Source of the DNA: Callorhinchus milii
Taxonomy: Eukaryota
Length of the DNA stretch: 64,000 nucleotides
NCBI RefSeq assembly: GCF_018977255.1
Contig: NW_024704742.1
Location: 32,242,001-32,306,000, forward strand
Direction: 5' to 3'
Shown in pieces: positions 23,057-36,969 of the stretch (position 1 is its first letter; each line of letters opens with the position of its first letter). Below the pieces are notes generated by a model. It was not told where the DNA came from. It made no database searches and saw only the letters and a list, made by a program, of their open reading frames with translations. The position numbers and the translations under genes were made by a program.

Positions 23057-25183
23057 TAACAACAACAACAAAATTACATTTGTATAGTGCCTTTCACGTC
23101 AGGAGGACACTCCAAGGCGTTGGACAGTCAGAGTTTCGGACCCGAGCTGGAGGTCGGGATTGGGGAGGATGGAGGGCGGGGGCGAAGCATGGTGATTGAA
23201 AGCAAGGTCGAAGAGGAGGGTCTTGAGATGTGTCTTGAAGGAGGCAAGGGATTTGGCAAGGTGGAGGGATTGCGGGGTGGAGTTCCAGAGTAGCAGAAGA
23301 ATCACCCGCCAATGGTGGGGCGCATGAGGTGGGGATGTGAAGCCGGCCAGAGCCCGCTAAACAGAGGGAGCGGGCAGGATGGTAGGGGGTTAGGAAGTCA
23401 CAGAGGTAGGGGGAGCAAGACCATGGATGGCTTTGAAGGTGAGGACCAGGATCTTGAACTGTATCCTCTGTGTGATGGGAAGCCAGTGGAGTCGGGGATG
23501 ATAGGGTCACGGAGCTTAATGCAGGAGCGGACACAGGCTGCAGAGTTAGAGGCCGACAAGCAAGGAGTTAGACAGTGTGAGACAGTGATGAAGTTGGCCG
23601 ATGTTGCGGAGGTGGGGGAAGGCAGAGAGGGTCATGGCACAGATGTGGGGTAGAAAGGATAGTTGAGGGTCAAACAAGACATCAAAGTTCCGGCCTGGCT
23701 TAGTAAGGTGGAATGTGCAACCATGGATGGTGATGCTGTCAGAGCCTGAGGTGCCAATCAGGAGACATTCAACTGAAGAAAGTTAGCTCTCATCCAGACA
23801 TTCTGTCAGGAAAGCAGTGGTCCTGGAGTCAAGGGTGGAGGCAGAGAGGTAGAGTTGGGTGTCATCTGCATAAATGTGGAAATTGATCCCATGTCTGTGG
23901 ATGATGTCACCAAGAGGGAGCATATGGATATTGAAGAGGAGGGGACCAAGGACAGAGCCCTGAGAAACCTCGCACGAGACGGTGCAGGGGCTAGAGGCGA
24001 AACCGTTTGTGGAGATGAAGTGGAGGCAGTGTGAGAGGTACGATCTGAACCAGTCAAGGACAGAGCCATGAAGGTTGAGGTGAGAGGAGAGGTGGTGGAT
24101 GAGGATAGAGTGGTCAACGGTGTTGAAGGCAGCAGAGAGATCAAGAAGGACGAGGGGGCAGAAGGAGCCTTGGACGCAGATGGACAGAATGTTATTTGTC
24201 ACTTTGACCAGGGCTGTTTCTGTGCTGTGGGCTGCATAGAAAACTAATTTGAGTGGCTCGTGAATAGAGTGGCGGGAGAGGACGGATAGAAGCTGGGAAG
24301 CAACAACTCATTCCTGGATACTGAAGAGGAAAAGGAGTTTGGGGCGGTAGTTTGAGAACACAGATGGGTCCAGGGATGGTTTTTGAGGATAGGAGTCATG
24401 ACGACGGTTTTGAATGGGGTGGGAACAGTACCAGTGGACAGGGAGAGGCTTATGATGTCTGTGAGTAGAGGGGCAAGAAGATGTAGCTGGGAGGGAAGGA
24501 GAGGGGTAGGGATGGGGTCGAGGGAGCAGGTGGTCGGTTTCATGGTGGTTATAGTGGCGATGAGAGAGGAGTGGGAGACAGGTTCAAAGGTGTGGAGGGA
24601 GGGATGGGTAGGGGCCGGGGCGGGAGGGGGAGATGGGGATGGGGGTAGCAGAAGGAAGGGCAAAGGCAGCTGGGTGGATCCCATCAACCTTGGATTTCAG
24701 GAAGTCCAACATCGCCTCACAGTTGGCATTGAGGTGAGGATGGGTGAGGCATGAGAGGGTGGACGGATGAGCTGGTTGGTGATGGAGACGAGGAGCCTGG
24801 GGTTGCCCTTAGCCTCCAAGATTGTCTTGGAGTAGAAAGATGAATTAGAGGGGGCGAGAGCGAGGTGGTAGGATTTGAAAAGTTCCAGCCAGATCTGCTG
24901 ATGGATCATTAAGTTTGATTTAAGCCCGGTGCTCTCAGCGGCATGCACTTGTCTTCAAGAAGTGGAGGTGGCTGGTGTACCATGGTGACTTATCTGAATA
25001 GGAGATGGTTCGGGAAGAGAGGGGAGTAGGGGAATCGAAAGTGGAGGAGAGGGAGCTGTGGAGAACAGTGACCGAGGAGGATAGGTCATTGTGGGAGGAA
25101 GCCAAGAGGGGAAGAAGTTCAGATGACTCCAAAGCAGCCGAGCGGGATGGGGGTGGGGGGCGAGAGTGGTGGGGAAATTTTTT
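23057..25183 (-). mobile_element. L2-clade LINE remnant (right-arm copy)
   Basis: ORF 23783-24202 carries DLSAAF, QGSVLGPLLF and YADDTQLY. Confidence 0.9.
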
Positions 25184-25201
25184 CCTTGCAGGGACCGGCC
25201 C

Positions 25202-25286
25202 AGGGGTGGGGTGACTGGCAGGGAGGGCGGGGCGGGGCGAATTGCCTGGTGCCCCCCCCCCCGCCTCCTGCACGCGGTGCAGCGCC
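25202..25286 (+). promoter_or_regulatory. CpG-rich proximal promoter/5'UTR of ACAT2 with GC boxes
   Basis: GGGCGGGGCGGGGCG (Sp1-type) directly upstream of exon 1; mirrored at ~18373-18450. Confidence 0.55.
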
Positions 25287-25338
25287 GTGAGTCGGAGAGA
25301 CGCTGTTGTGATCCTCTCCGCAGCGCGAACCCCAATAG
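25287..25338 (+). CDS. ACAT2: ACAT2 exon 1 coding part
   Basis: Thiolase N-terminal motif VVILSAARTPIG, phase-1 GT donor, preceded by GCC-GTG in Kozak-like position. Confidence 0.8.
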
Positions 25339-26723
25339 GTAACACAGAGAGAGCAGCGCCACAGCCCGACAGCGGGGGGGACCCCCGGACACTGGGGGGG
25401 ACCCCCGGACACTGGGGGGGACCCCCGGACACTGGGGGATTGACCCCCGGACACTGGGGGATTGACCCCCGGACACTGGGGGATTGACCCCCGGACACTG
25501 GGGACCCCCGGACACTGGGGGAGACCCCCGGACACTGGGGGGGACCCCCGGACACTGGGGGGGACCCCCGGACACTGGGGTTGACCCCCGGACACTGGGG
25601 TTGACCCCCGGACACTGGGGGTGTGTGTGTGTGTAGAGGCGCTGCTCTGGAGGCGGATTTCCTGCAAACAGCTGAAGGATAATTGAAGCTGTTTGTGCCT
25701 TCACCATCACTATTACCATCACCACAGCGCCCCCCCCCCCCCCCCCCCAGCCCCTGCCCCCCCCTGCACCCCCTGCCCCCCCCAGCCCCCTGCCCCCCCC
25801 AGCCCCCTGCCCCCCCACCCCAGCCCCCTGCCCCCCCCCAGCCCCCTGCCCCCCCCCAGCCCCCTGCCCCCCCCCCAGCCCCCTGCCCCCCCCCCAGCCC
25901 CCCCCCCCCTGCCCCCCCAGCCCCTGCCCCCCCCTGCACCCTGCCCACCCCCAGCCCCTGCCACCCCCTGCACCCCCTGCCCCCCCAGCCCCTGCCCCCC
26001 CCTGCCCCCCTGCCCCCCCAGCCCCTGCCCCCCCTGCAGCCCCTGCCCCCCCCGCCCCTGCCGCCCCCCCCACCCAGCCCCTGCCGGGGAGATAGGTTGA
26101 GGGATTGGGGAAATAATAATAATAAATAATAATAATAGGGCAAAAGGTGCTGTTAAGCGTGGCTGGGGGTGGGGAAAGGGGGGCTGTGGCTGAAGTTGGC
26201 AGTCAGTGTTGTGAAGATGGAAGAACGTCAACTTGATAAGACCCCAGATGAAAGGTTGAAGATGAGGTTTGAATAAATGGTTGATTCGATATTCTGTACT
26301 GTCTCCGTGAGCTGACGTGAGCCAATGCCTGAAGTGCGGAGATGCTGACGGGAGCCAAGCAGGAAAGCCTTTGTCTTGTCAACATTAAAAACATAAGAAA
26401 TAGGAGCAGGAGTAGGCCATTCGGCCCCTCAAGCCTGCCCCGCCATTTAATAAGACCATGGCTGATCTTCTAACCTAATTCCAGTTACCCGCCCTATCCC
26501 CATATCCCTTAATCCCTTTAGTTTTTAAAAATCAATCTCAGTCTTGAATATGTTCAATGACATCCTGATGGAAGAGCTCCCTCTTTCACCAATACTGGTG
26601 CCAGTGGTCCACAAAATAAGGCATTATACAAATGCAAGTTCTTCCTTTTCTCCAGCCAGATCTTGTTGCATGTGGAGTCCCAGTACACAGCAAGTACACT
26701 TAGCTAAAACCTGCTTCTTTTAA

Positions 26724-26861
<138 letters not shown>

Positions 26862-28084
26862 TGAATAAATACAAGGTTTGCATTTAAGTACTGGAAATTA
26901 ATTGCATTTCCCTCTGTTTTCTAACCTCTCTGAGGATCTGTGGCGTTTAGTTCTAAGGCTACCAGCTGCCCTCCAGTATCTCATTAAAGTGGCCGTACTT
27001 CATGTGTGAATCCGAGTGGTAAAGGGTCACTGGGCTGTTTGACCATGAGAGGAGATGGAATATCACAGGCAAGTCTCTTCCTGTCCACACACAAGCACCT
27101 TCCAGCCAGGACCATTGAATGTGATAAGAAGTGGGAACACTGGCTGTATTTTTCCTCCTACTTATACAAACTAATTGTAACATCCCATCTGCTGCCAAGC
27201 TGACACCAGGTAACCTGGCACAAATCTGTGTCTTCCAAGTCTCAGTTCAACGCCAGGCAGTGCCTTTGTCAACCAAGTGCTCAAAGAGAGCAGCTTGGGA
27301 ATGGAGCAATCTATATGCAGGGTTTGATAAATTTATAAGATAGTATTGTTCTGATTAAAAATGGGGGGCGTTATTTGAATAGAAAAAGTTCTTTTTGTTT
27401 CTATTTAATCATGTATTGTAACTATTTCTTAAAATTAGATACTGAAATAATGGGCACAATGTGTTTGAGCTCAGATTGCAATCCAAAGTGCCTGTTCCCA
27501 GCCTCCAAGACACAGTCGTGTATTAACTACCTCAGCTGTGGAGGTGCTCATCGATGATTGGAAAAATGTGAACAAATTTACTGGAACAAACCTGAATCCT
27601 TTCTGAAGTTCAAAATATGGAGGAGGTTAATTCTGTTCTGAACTGTAAAGGGAACATGACTGTTGACTAAAGATGCTCCTACAAAATACACAGTCACTAC
27701 ACACTTCATAGTTGTGAAGCACTTTAAACATCCTCGCGAATAGAAACATACTATTCTTGGTGGAGACCCAGGCATCCTACATGGCTCAGCCAACTTAAGA
27801 CCAAAAGATTCTGTGGTTGAATTCCTTGGAAGCTCAAGCTTTTAATCTTTTTAGAGCAACAATGTATCTTTAAAATTATCCTCTGTGGTGACAGATAAGC
27901 AAAGTCACCCGAGGGCAGTACTTTTACACTGTGATGACTGGCCTAAAACCACCTTGGAGGGTGTGAATGTGTGAACCAAAGCTGTGCAAGCTCATAGAAC
28001 GGACGTAGATGTAAAGTAGCATGTTACTTGATAGCCATCATTATGTATAGCTACGGTCTCTTGGCCATGCACATATTTATATAA

Positions 28085-28357
<273 letters not shown>

Positions 28358-28961
28358 TAGGAGAAGGTTTCAGAAAGTTGCATATTCTAAGCTTTTTCAA
28401 GCCTCAAAAACAAATGTCATAGAGGGGACCTCTATAGAGGTATATAAGATGCTGAATGAGATTGAGAAAGTAAACCTACAATAATATATTCAGATATACC
28501 AAGCCAGCAGAAAACAAGGTACAGGTTCAGAGTTGTAAAGGACATTATTTAGGACACACAACAAGAAGTGTTTCTTTACACGTTGCTGCAACTGCAGTAG
28601 ATTACCAGGAGGGATGGCAGAAGCTAGGTTGCTGGACACTTTTTAAAAAAAAACTATGCGGTAATGAGAGATGATAGCATGGATATTCTGGAAGGCTCAG
28701 ATTGAATAGGCCGAAAGGTTTTATTTATCCAAACCTCTTTTGTGATCTTATGTCATCCAGTCTGCCCTAAACCCTATGGGCTTGCAAGAGGTCTTCCAAA
28801 CTATTTGGCACTCAACCAGACAGAGGCCAACATTATTCACTTCGACTAACATATGTGCCACACTTGTTTTTAAATGTATAACACTTATAATGAAATTAAA
28901 ATTTTATTTGGTACTATTGTGTCGCCTCGAATTGCTACATTTTAATTAGGAGCCTTAATAA

Positions 28962-29141
<180 letters not shown>

Positions 29142-29144
29142 TAA

Positions 29145-29423
<279 letters not shown>

Positions 29424-29801
29424 TAACCAGACTCAGACATGTTCATTTATTAGCACAACTCTACTTTTATATGGTGTTTCCTGTTTTGGGAATGGGCTAT
29501 CCTGCAAGTGAGAGAATTGGCAGCTATTCTGCCCCCAGGACTCTGCTATTGTTTTTTAAGCACCTGCAGGAGACGAGACTGGGGTCATGGCTCAACTCCA
29601 GGTATCTCCCTTTCCCATTTGGAAAAGGTCTGCTCGGTCACTCCTCACATGGCTGATATCATTGACTGAGGAGCGGTCAAATTGTGTCCCCCTGAAGTAG
29701 GGTCAAGTAGATTGTTTTCTTTTCAACCAATGATTCACCCACTGTGCATTCCATCATCTTCAGATTCAAGGGTAATGACTTAGATTTACTATTTATTCTA
29801 G

Positions 29802-29957
<156 letters not shown>

Positions 29958-30354
29958 TGATCCTTTTTACTTCCTGATTCACCCAATGGGTCAATGTGGG
30001 ATGTAATAAAACAACAAATTGCATTTATAAAGCGCCTTTCATGTCGGGAGGATGTCCCAAGCCACTGCAGTCGAGGGTTTGCATCCAAGCTGGGGTTGGA
30101 TTCGGGAGGGATGGGGGCCAGGAAGATGACCGGTCAGAGGAAGGTTTTGAGGACCTTGAAGGAGGTAAGGGAGAGTTGAGGTGATAGGGCTCTCGTTGGA
30201 GTTCCACAAAGTGAGAGCAGATAGGCTGAAAGCCTGACTGCTGATGGTAGGATAGGCAGGGGACCTGAAGCAGGCCAGTGGAGTAAGGAGAAAATTAGGG
30301 AAAAGGTTTTCCCTCTTTTTTAAAAAAATGCATTTTTTGTGTTTGTCTTTCTAG

Positions 30355-30525
<171 letters not shown>

Positions 30526-31642
30526 ATTACACCTAAATTTTACTACAAGAACTGAAGATACTCTGCAGCTAAGCTACTGACTGGATAAAATTGAGCTTTT
30601 ATTTTAGAGGTTACAGCCTGATTCCAATGAAATGTAGGTGCATTTTGTTTTTATAATGAATGTGTAAAGTAGGTAGGTTTTAAAACTATTCAAAACTTCA
30701 GTCCACATAAAATGGTTCTGAAAATTAGTGTAACTTTTAAATATTTGATTAAAAGTACTGAAGTTTGAAATCATAGTAATATTGTGTATGTGGAATCCAT
30801 ACTTTTGTTAAAATTCATAAACTCCTTCCTATTATCTCTCAATTCAGATTGACCATTTTTTTCTTTATGAAATAAATTGCTCAATGTACCATTGCTGAAT
30901 CTTGTAAACTGACTCTCAAATTACATCAAGTGCCAGTATTTATAGAAGGGCAAGATGGTTGAATACATGTGAGAAAGCAGGGGAACATTCATTGTATTTT
31001 AATTTTGCTTTAATTGATTTACAAATGCTGCCCTAATACTTTTGAGCATTTTATCATTCCCCATGGTAAGATCAGCAACCAAGAATCAGAGAGGTTACTT
31101 ATTTGGGGAGATAATAATCATCCTTGTATTTGATATAGTGCCTTATTACATCCTTCCCCAGTAGTATTTTTAATTAATGTTTTCCCCAGTGAATTTGTGT
31201 GAGGGAGAAATCATGTCCACAATGAAATAACATACACAATTAATTAGATTTGAAAAGACCAGAAGCACAACATCAACGTTTATTCATGAAATTAAGGTGG
31301 TCTCTTAACAGCTCCCTACATAGATGGGCTGATCACTTGACAACTGTCACATTTTATTTCTGAAGGAGCTTGAAGCACAACTGTCAATGTACAGGAAATA
31401 ATTTTGCACAAATAACTTGAAAGAGTTGACTATAGGTAACAAAGTAAGAGGTCTTTTAAATCCGGTTTGTGCCAAATAGCACTAAACAAGCATAGTAAAT
31501 TAAACAGAGCACTAAACAAGTGGCACTGAATTTCAGACAAGTATGACAAGCTGCTCAATCTAGAACAGAAGTACAAGAAGCACCTGATGGATGCCAAGAG
31601 TTAAACATAAATTATAATAGCTGATTTTAGAACTCAGGTGCT

Positions 31643-31859
31643 TCAGCCATTAAGCTCTCCACTTTGAACTGCATCTTGGTAACTCTTTCCTTTGTCTTGC
31701 TTTTCATCTGGGTAAAGTTTGATGAGATCATCAATTCGCAGGATGGTTATAGCAGCTTCTGTTGCAAACTTCAGACTCTTGACTTTAACCATAGTAGGCT
31801 CAAAGACACCAGCTTGTTTGTTGTCCCTTGGCTTCCCATTCAATAAATCAAGACCAATC
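31643..31859 (-). CDS. TCP1: TCP1 exon 12 (last coding exon)
   Basis: IGLDLLNGKPRDNKQAGVFEPTMVKVKSLKFATEAAITILRIDDLIKLYP...ELNG*; AATAAA signals downstream at 31353-31358 and 31279-31284 (minus strand). Confidence 0.93.
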
Positions 31860-32154
31860 CTGCACAAACAAAATGTGAATTTGATTAACACTGTTTTAAT
31901 AGCCAGTCACTACAATATTAGTAAAACATTCATAATTTCCGATTGAATTCTGACAACTCAGCCATAAAAGTTACTTTAACAAGATGGAGAAAATCAATTT
32001 TGCACTTTACTGCTATCTGGGGCACCAGGTCACCAAAAATCAATGATTGCTCATGAATTGCAACAATGTTCAAATTTAGTTTCATCGCTGATTCAGACAA
32101 CAATGGGTCTCAAGTCACAATCTTTTGCAGACCACAGTACAATAAAATTTTTAC

Positions 32155-32318
32155 CATTTCAAAGTTTTGCGATCAGGATTGACCTGAGCTTCGTTGTGGA
32201 ATGCACGCAACTTTGCAACAAGGTCTGTAGAATCCTGAGCAGCATTCACTGCCAGAGTCTTAGGAATAACCAACATGGCCCGGGCAAATTCTGCAATGGC
32301 AAGTTGTTCACGTGATCC
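32155..32318 (-). CDS. TCP1: TCP1 exon 11
   Basis: GSREQLAIAEFARAMLVIPKTLAVNAAQDSTDLVAKLRAFHNEAQVNPDRKTLKW, 164 bp. Confidence 0.93.
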
Positions 32319-32490
32319 CTAAACAAAAAGACAACCAACAGTTAAATACATGAAGTACTTTTAACTTATTTTCTTAAAATAATTTTTAATACTGCAAATT
32401 AATAGGGACAGTAATCCCTGGTTAATCAGCTCAAAGCATACGGTAAAAGTGCCCTCCCCCAATAATCTTGAAATACAATTAAACCCATAC

Positions 32491-32683
32491 CAAACTAGTT
32501 GCATAGTTTTCCAGGTAGATGGAGAGTGCAGCTTCCACAGCCCCACCTCCTGGAACTAAAGACTTGGACTCAAGCACTCTCTTCACAACACAGAGTGCAT
32601 CATGTAGGGAGCGCTCCATCTCATCACACATGAAATCATTTGCTCCTCGCAGAATGATTGATGCAGAAGTACGGGCCTTTGTA
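32491..32683 (-). CDS. TCP1: TCP1 exon 10
   Basis: TKARTSASIILRGANDFMCDEMERSLHDALCVVKRVLESKSLVPGGGAVEAALSIYLENYATSL, 193 bp. Confidence 0.93.
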
Positions 32684-33093
32684 CTGAAAAATACAAATTA
32701 AACTTTACAACAATAGTACTTGTGAGGGTTGGGTTAAACTCATTTTAAAATGTCAGCATCAATTTATACCTCACTTTTAGAAATCAGAATCTAGATCCCT
32801 TTTTCAATCACAAACTTTGTGTGCACTGCTCCTGAATGAACAATACCTATTGCTTATATACTGTTATGCAAAACAATATTCATTGCCGACTTAAACCAGG
32901 AATAGATGTGACAGTTCTACTTTCATCAGGAAACTGCTTAGATTATATTTATATGCACAACAAATTTAATCTGCATCTGTGCAGTCAATATAAAAAAAAT
33001 TCAACACCATTACAATCCCAACATCTTTTTCAATTCTGCAACACTAACAGTAGCATTACAAGATACTACACTGTATACATTGGAGATAATTTT

Positions 33094-33224
33094 TTATGTT
33101 CAGCTAATGCATTACTGAGAAGACATCAGCAAGGTCTTCAGTCACACAAGGCTGAATATTCTCTATCCCAAGCGTACAACTGCTCATGCCACAGATATTA
33201 GCAGGGCAGCAAATAAATGGGAGT
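33094..33224 (-). ncRNA. SNORA20: SNORA20 homologue (right copy)
   Basis: Exact reverse complement of 11848-11978. Confidence 0.85.
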
Positions 33225-33251
33225 TCAGTAAGTTGTACATGTTTTTCTTAC

Positions 33252-33375
33252 TTTTTAACAAGTATCAGTTCATCATCGCATATCCTTTCTTGAACCACCT
33301 CCTCAGCTTGGCCCACTAAAGAGGGATCAAAACTCTCATCTCCTTCCAAGTTTGCAAGTGTTGAACAGATAGTTG
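33252..33375 (-). CDS. TCP1: TCP1 exon 9
   Basis: TICSTLANLEGDESFDPSLVGQAEEVVQERICDDELILVK, AG/GT flanks, 124 bp. Confidence 0.92.
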
Positions 33376-34146
33376 CTATAAACAAAAACAGGTAAAAATC
33401 ATCAGAATAGGTTTCTCAGTCCAAGACACCCTTTTCTGATTTACGTACTTTTAACACTTCAACAAAATTACATTTGTATAGCGCCTTTCATGTCGGGAGG
33501 ACGTCAGAATCACTAGGAAAATTCCAGCTGATTCCGAATGCCAACCTTTCAAAATTGAATGACATTAATATTGGACATTAAACTCGATAGCTTGTCACTC
33601 CAAGGGTAAAGAGCTGAGCAATAAGTTATCCGGAGTAGCGAGTTTGATATAGGTCCTCCCAGCTGCTCCGTGGCTTTTGGCCCTATCCTGTCACACGATA
33701 AGATGTAAGACAGCGTAGGAGGCCACGGCTTAGCCCCTGCAACGCATCTGAGCATAGGCACCCAACCTCCGCTACCAATCACAGCATCGGGCTGGAGGCC
33801 TTTGTAATGCAAGATGCCATATTACAGAACGAGTTATCAGATCAATTTTCGACTAAGAAGATAGCGAATAAGCTATTTTCTGCTCGCTGGATTCAAACAA
33901 TCTGAGTCAGTCATAGTGGCTATCACTAGCCACTATGAATGTCAGCACAGACAGAGGCTACTCAGTGCACCATTGATCCGCGCTAGGAGTTGGGCCCACA
34001 GAATAAAATTAATGTTTTTGGTTTTGGGCCTCGTCCAACCAGGTCGGAATTCCGGATAACTGGAGTCCAATAAGGCAGGGGATCACTAGTTTGAAAGTAT
34101 ATATAATTCAAAACAGTAACCTAGTAAAAAAAATTGCTGCACTTAC

Positions 34147-34201
34147 CTCCACTGGCCTTAGCAATTCGTCTGAGGTCTTTCTTCAGACAACGGCGTAATG
34201 C
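34147..34201 (-). CDS. TCP1: TCP1 exon 8, 3' fragment
   Basis: ALRRCLKKDLRRIAKASG then a GTAAG donor; the 5' part is replaced by a repeat tract. Confidence 0.85.
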
Positions 34202-35424
34202 CCTGCAGGGACCTGCCCTGCAGGGACCTGCCCTACATCCTCCCATCACAGCATCAAGCTAATTCTAAATATATCCAATATATCAAGCAGGAAGTACATC
34301 ATCCAACCCCAGGAACTCTAAATTTAGAGCAGAGTTCCAACAGATATCTACGATTATCATAGATATACCTTTGGTTACTGGAAAGAGTTCCCACTTTATT
34401 TCCTAAAACTAGTTTGTCCTAAAAATATAATAAATTTGAACTTGTAAAAAATATATAGGGATGGAAATGTTTTCATACCATAAATAATCGCCCAAATAAT
34501 TGTTGCATTTGATATAGTGGTTAGAACACTGAAACATCTCAAAGCACTTCACATATAATTGCTGTCAAATGTAATGACTGTATATTTGTAAATAGTTGCA
34601 ACATCTTTCTGACACAGAGACAAGATTGCTACCAACTGAGCTCAGCTGACAAATAATAAATAGAGGCCAGAAATGTTTTTAAGTTTTGGTACAGAATTCT
34701 TTGAAAGTAAAGTAACTATTGTAATTACTTTACAGGAATAAAGCTACTCCTGAGAGTTTAAATAATTATAATAATCCTTGCATTTGATATCATGCCTTTC
34801 ATGTCGGGAGGTTGTCACAAAGCGTTTCACAGGATTTATTTTAAAGTATAGTGACTGAACTGAGATCTCGAGAGCAGCTGGCAGTCAAATGACAAAGAAT
34901 GGAAAACAGGTATTTAAAAACCGAAGTCAGATGATGCTCTAACGGCCCACTGGGTAAAAGTACCAACTGCCGTAGCATTAAACCTTGCATTTGATATAGT
35001 GCATTTAATATAGAATCTCAGGAATGTCACAAGTTTGATCTCAATAAGAACTACTCCGAGATGCAATACCATGCGAAGGCTGCTATGTAAATGCAGGTTG
35101 TTGTTGTTGCTTTGGGTTATTATGACTGGTCTCAGAGTCCCTGGCTTGGGAGAGTTCATGCTTCTGACTGACTCTCTTCCCCCATTGGAACCTGAGCATG
35201 GTCACAAGATGTCAGGTAATTTTAGGGTCAGCCTTATCACAAGATTGGTCTGGATTGACAACAATCACTCTCGCTCTCAAGGCTCACTCATAAAGAATGA
35301 GCACTAATGGAGATGGAGGAAGGTAACTGGTGCCTATAGAACTGTAACCCAGCAAAGGATCACCTGAAAACAACAAGACAACAACAACAAGATTGCATTT
35401 ATAGAGCGCCTTTCACGTCGGGAA

Positions 35425-35490
35425 GGCCCTTGCAGGGACCGGCCCTTGCAGGGACCGGCCCTTGCAGGGACCGGCCCTTGCAGGGCAGGT
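35425..35490 (-). repeat. Junction tract at outer end of right arm (~4 units)
   Basis: g(gcccttgcagggaccg)x3 gcccttgcagggcaggt. Confidence 0.9.
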
Positions 35491-35571
35491 GTTCCACAGT
35501 TCTTTCACTCTTTATATATCTATACCTATTTATCTATAGATAATAATCCACTAAACATTTTGCAATCCTTT

Positions 35572-35785
35572 TATAATAATAATCCTTGCATTTGATATAG
35601 CGCTTTTCACGTCTTCTAGACGTCCCAAAGCGCTTCACAGAATATACTGTAAAGTGAATTGACTGTATATTTGTGGGCGAACGCGGCAGCCAGTTGCGCA
35701 CAGCAATGTCCCACAAACAGTCGTGGATTGAAAATGACCATTTATTATTGTTTTGTATTTTTTGGAGGGATTACTTTTATTATTA
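35572..35785 (-). mobile_element. 5'-truncated SINE copy
   Basis: Same 3' module and (TAA)n tail; further copies at ~39668, 55830, 56198, 56843. Confidence 0.8.
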
Positions 35786-36969
35786 ATGTTAGCATTATTC
35801 CCACTCTGAGGGAACTGGTCTGCAACTCCCAAGTCTCGCTGATGAGTACTGGAGTACCAAGACCATCTCAGAGCATTGACTAAATTCCGCTATTCCATTA
35901 CCATACAATCAACTTGGAGCCAGCTCAGTTCAACAAGACACCCCCCACCCACCCCCAGTTATCTCTCCTTCTCCCTCCTGCAGGAGATTAGTCTCTAGTT
36001 GGTCATTTGACAATCAGCAACTGCATGTTTGAGGAAATTTCCTGCCAGCTTCCTGGTAAGCAGCATACGAAGTGTGTGCAAGCACTGTCACCATCCTCCT
36101 GACCACAACCACACGTATCATTGAGCCACCGTGACATTCTGGAATCCATGCTCAATAATCCATACAAGGTTTACTCAACACCAGCTCCGTAATTTGCTTT
36201 CTCCATGTCCCCCACCCCGCCATCAGTGGTCGGGCCTTCAGCCTTTCTACCCCATCCTCTGAAACTCCATCCTGGAGTCCCTTCACTTTGTCCAGCTCAT
36301 CTCAAGGCTTTCCTCTTTGACTGCGCCTTTGGTCATTCTCCCACCTCTACCTGCCTTGCTGTCCAGCCCTCTTGATTTCAACCCCCAACTCAGGTGCAAA
36401 CCCTTGCCTTGGGACGTCCTCCCGACATGAAAGGCACTATATAAACGCAATTTGTTGTTGTAATCCAGGTTCTCACTTGAGGGGCTTCAACAAATAACTG
36501 TGGCAGCTGTGAAGCTGACTATCTCCAGGATGCTCAGCGCCAGGTCAGTGTTTGCTGAAGCTCTTCCTCCCTGCAGCCATTTCCCCTTTTAAATCCACCT
36601 CCGCTGCTTGGATCTGGACTTCGGAAATGAACCCAAGGAAACCCATGGAATCATGAGGAAGACACATGTCATGTATGCTACAATCTTAACCTGCATTGGG
36701 ACCCTGTTACCAGTGAAAAGAGACAAAATCAGTATCCTTCGTCCCTTCTCAGCACAGTCCTGAAGGGTAGTGTCCACCACAATCCCCAGACACCAATATG
36801 AATGAACAGATGGGATGGAATCCGCTTGTACTATCTAATCAATGATAATTCTCTCAAGCTGTGTGGAGCTATAATACCACTCTGACTATCACATACCACT
36901 GACATCCCAGTTTTCAAGATGGTGAGAGTAGCACACTCCCCAGCACATCATCATCTGCAAACAGATTTG

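Larger units (their letters stand above)
31643..34201 (-). pseudogene. TCP1: TCP1 (CCT-alpha) 5'-truncated copy, right arm; remaining exons open
   Basis: Exons 34147-34201 (partial), 33252-33375, 32491-32683, 32155-32318, 31643-31859; sizes 124/193/164/217 match human TCP1 exons 9-12 as I recall them; no 5' exons found in the window. Confidence 0.9.
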
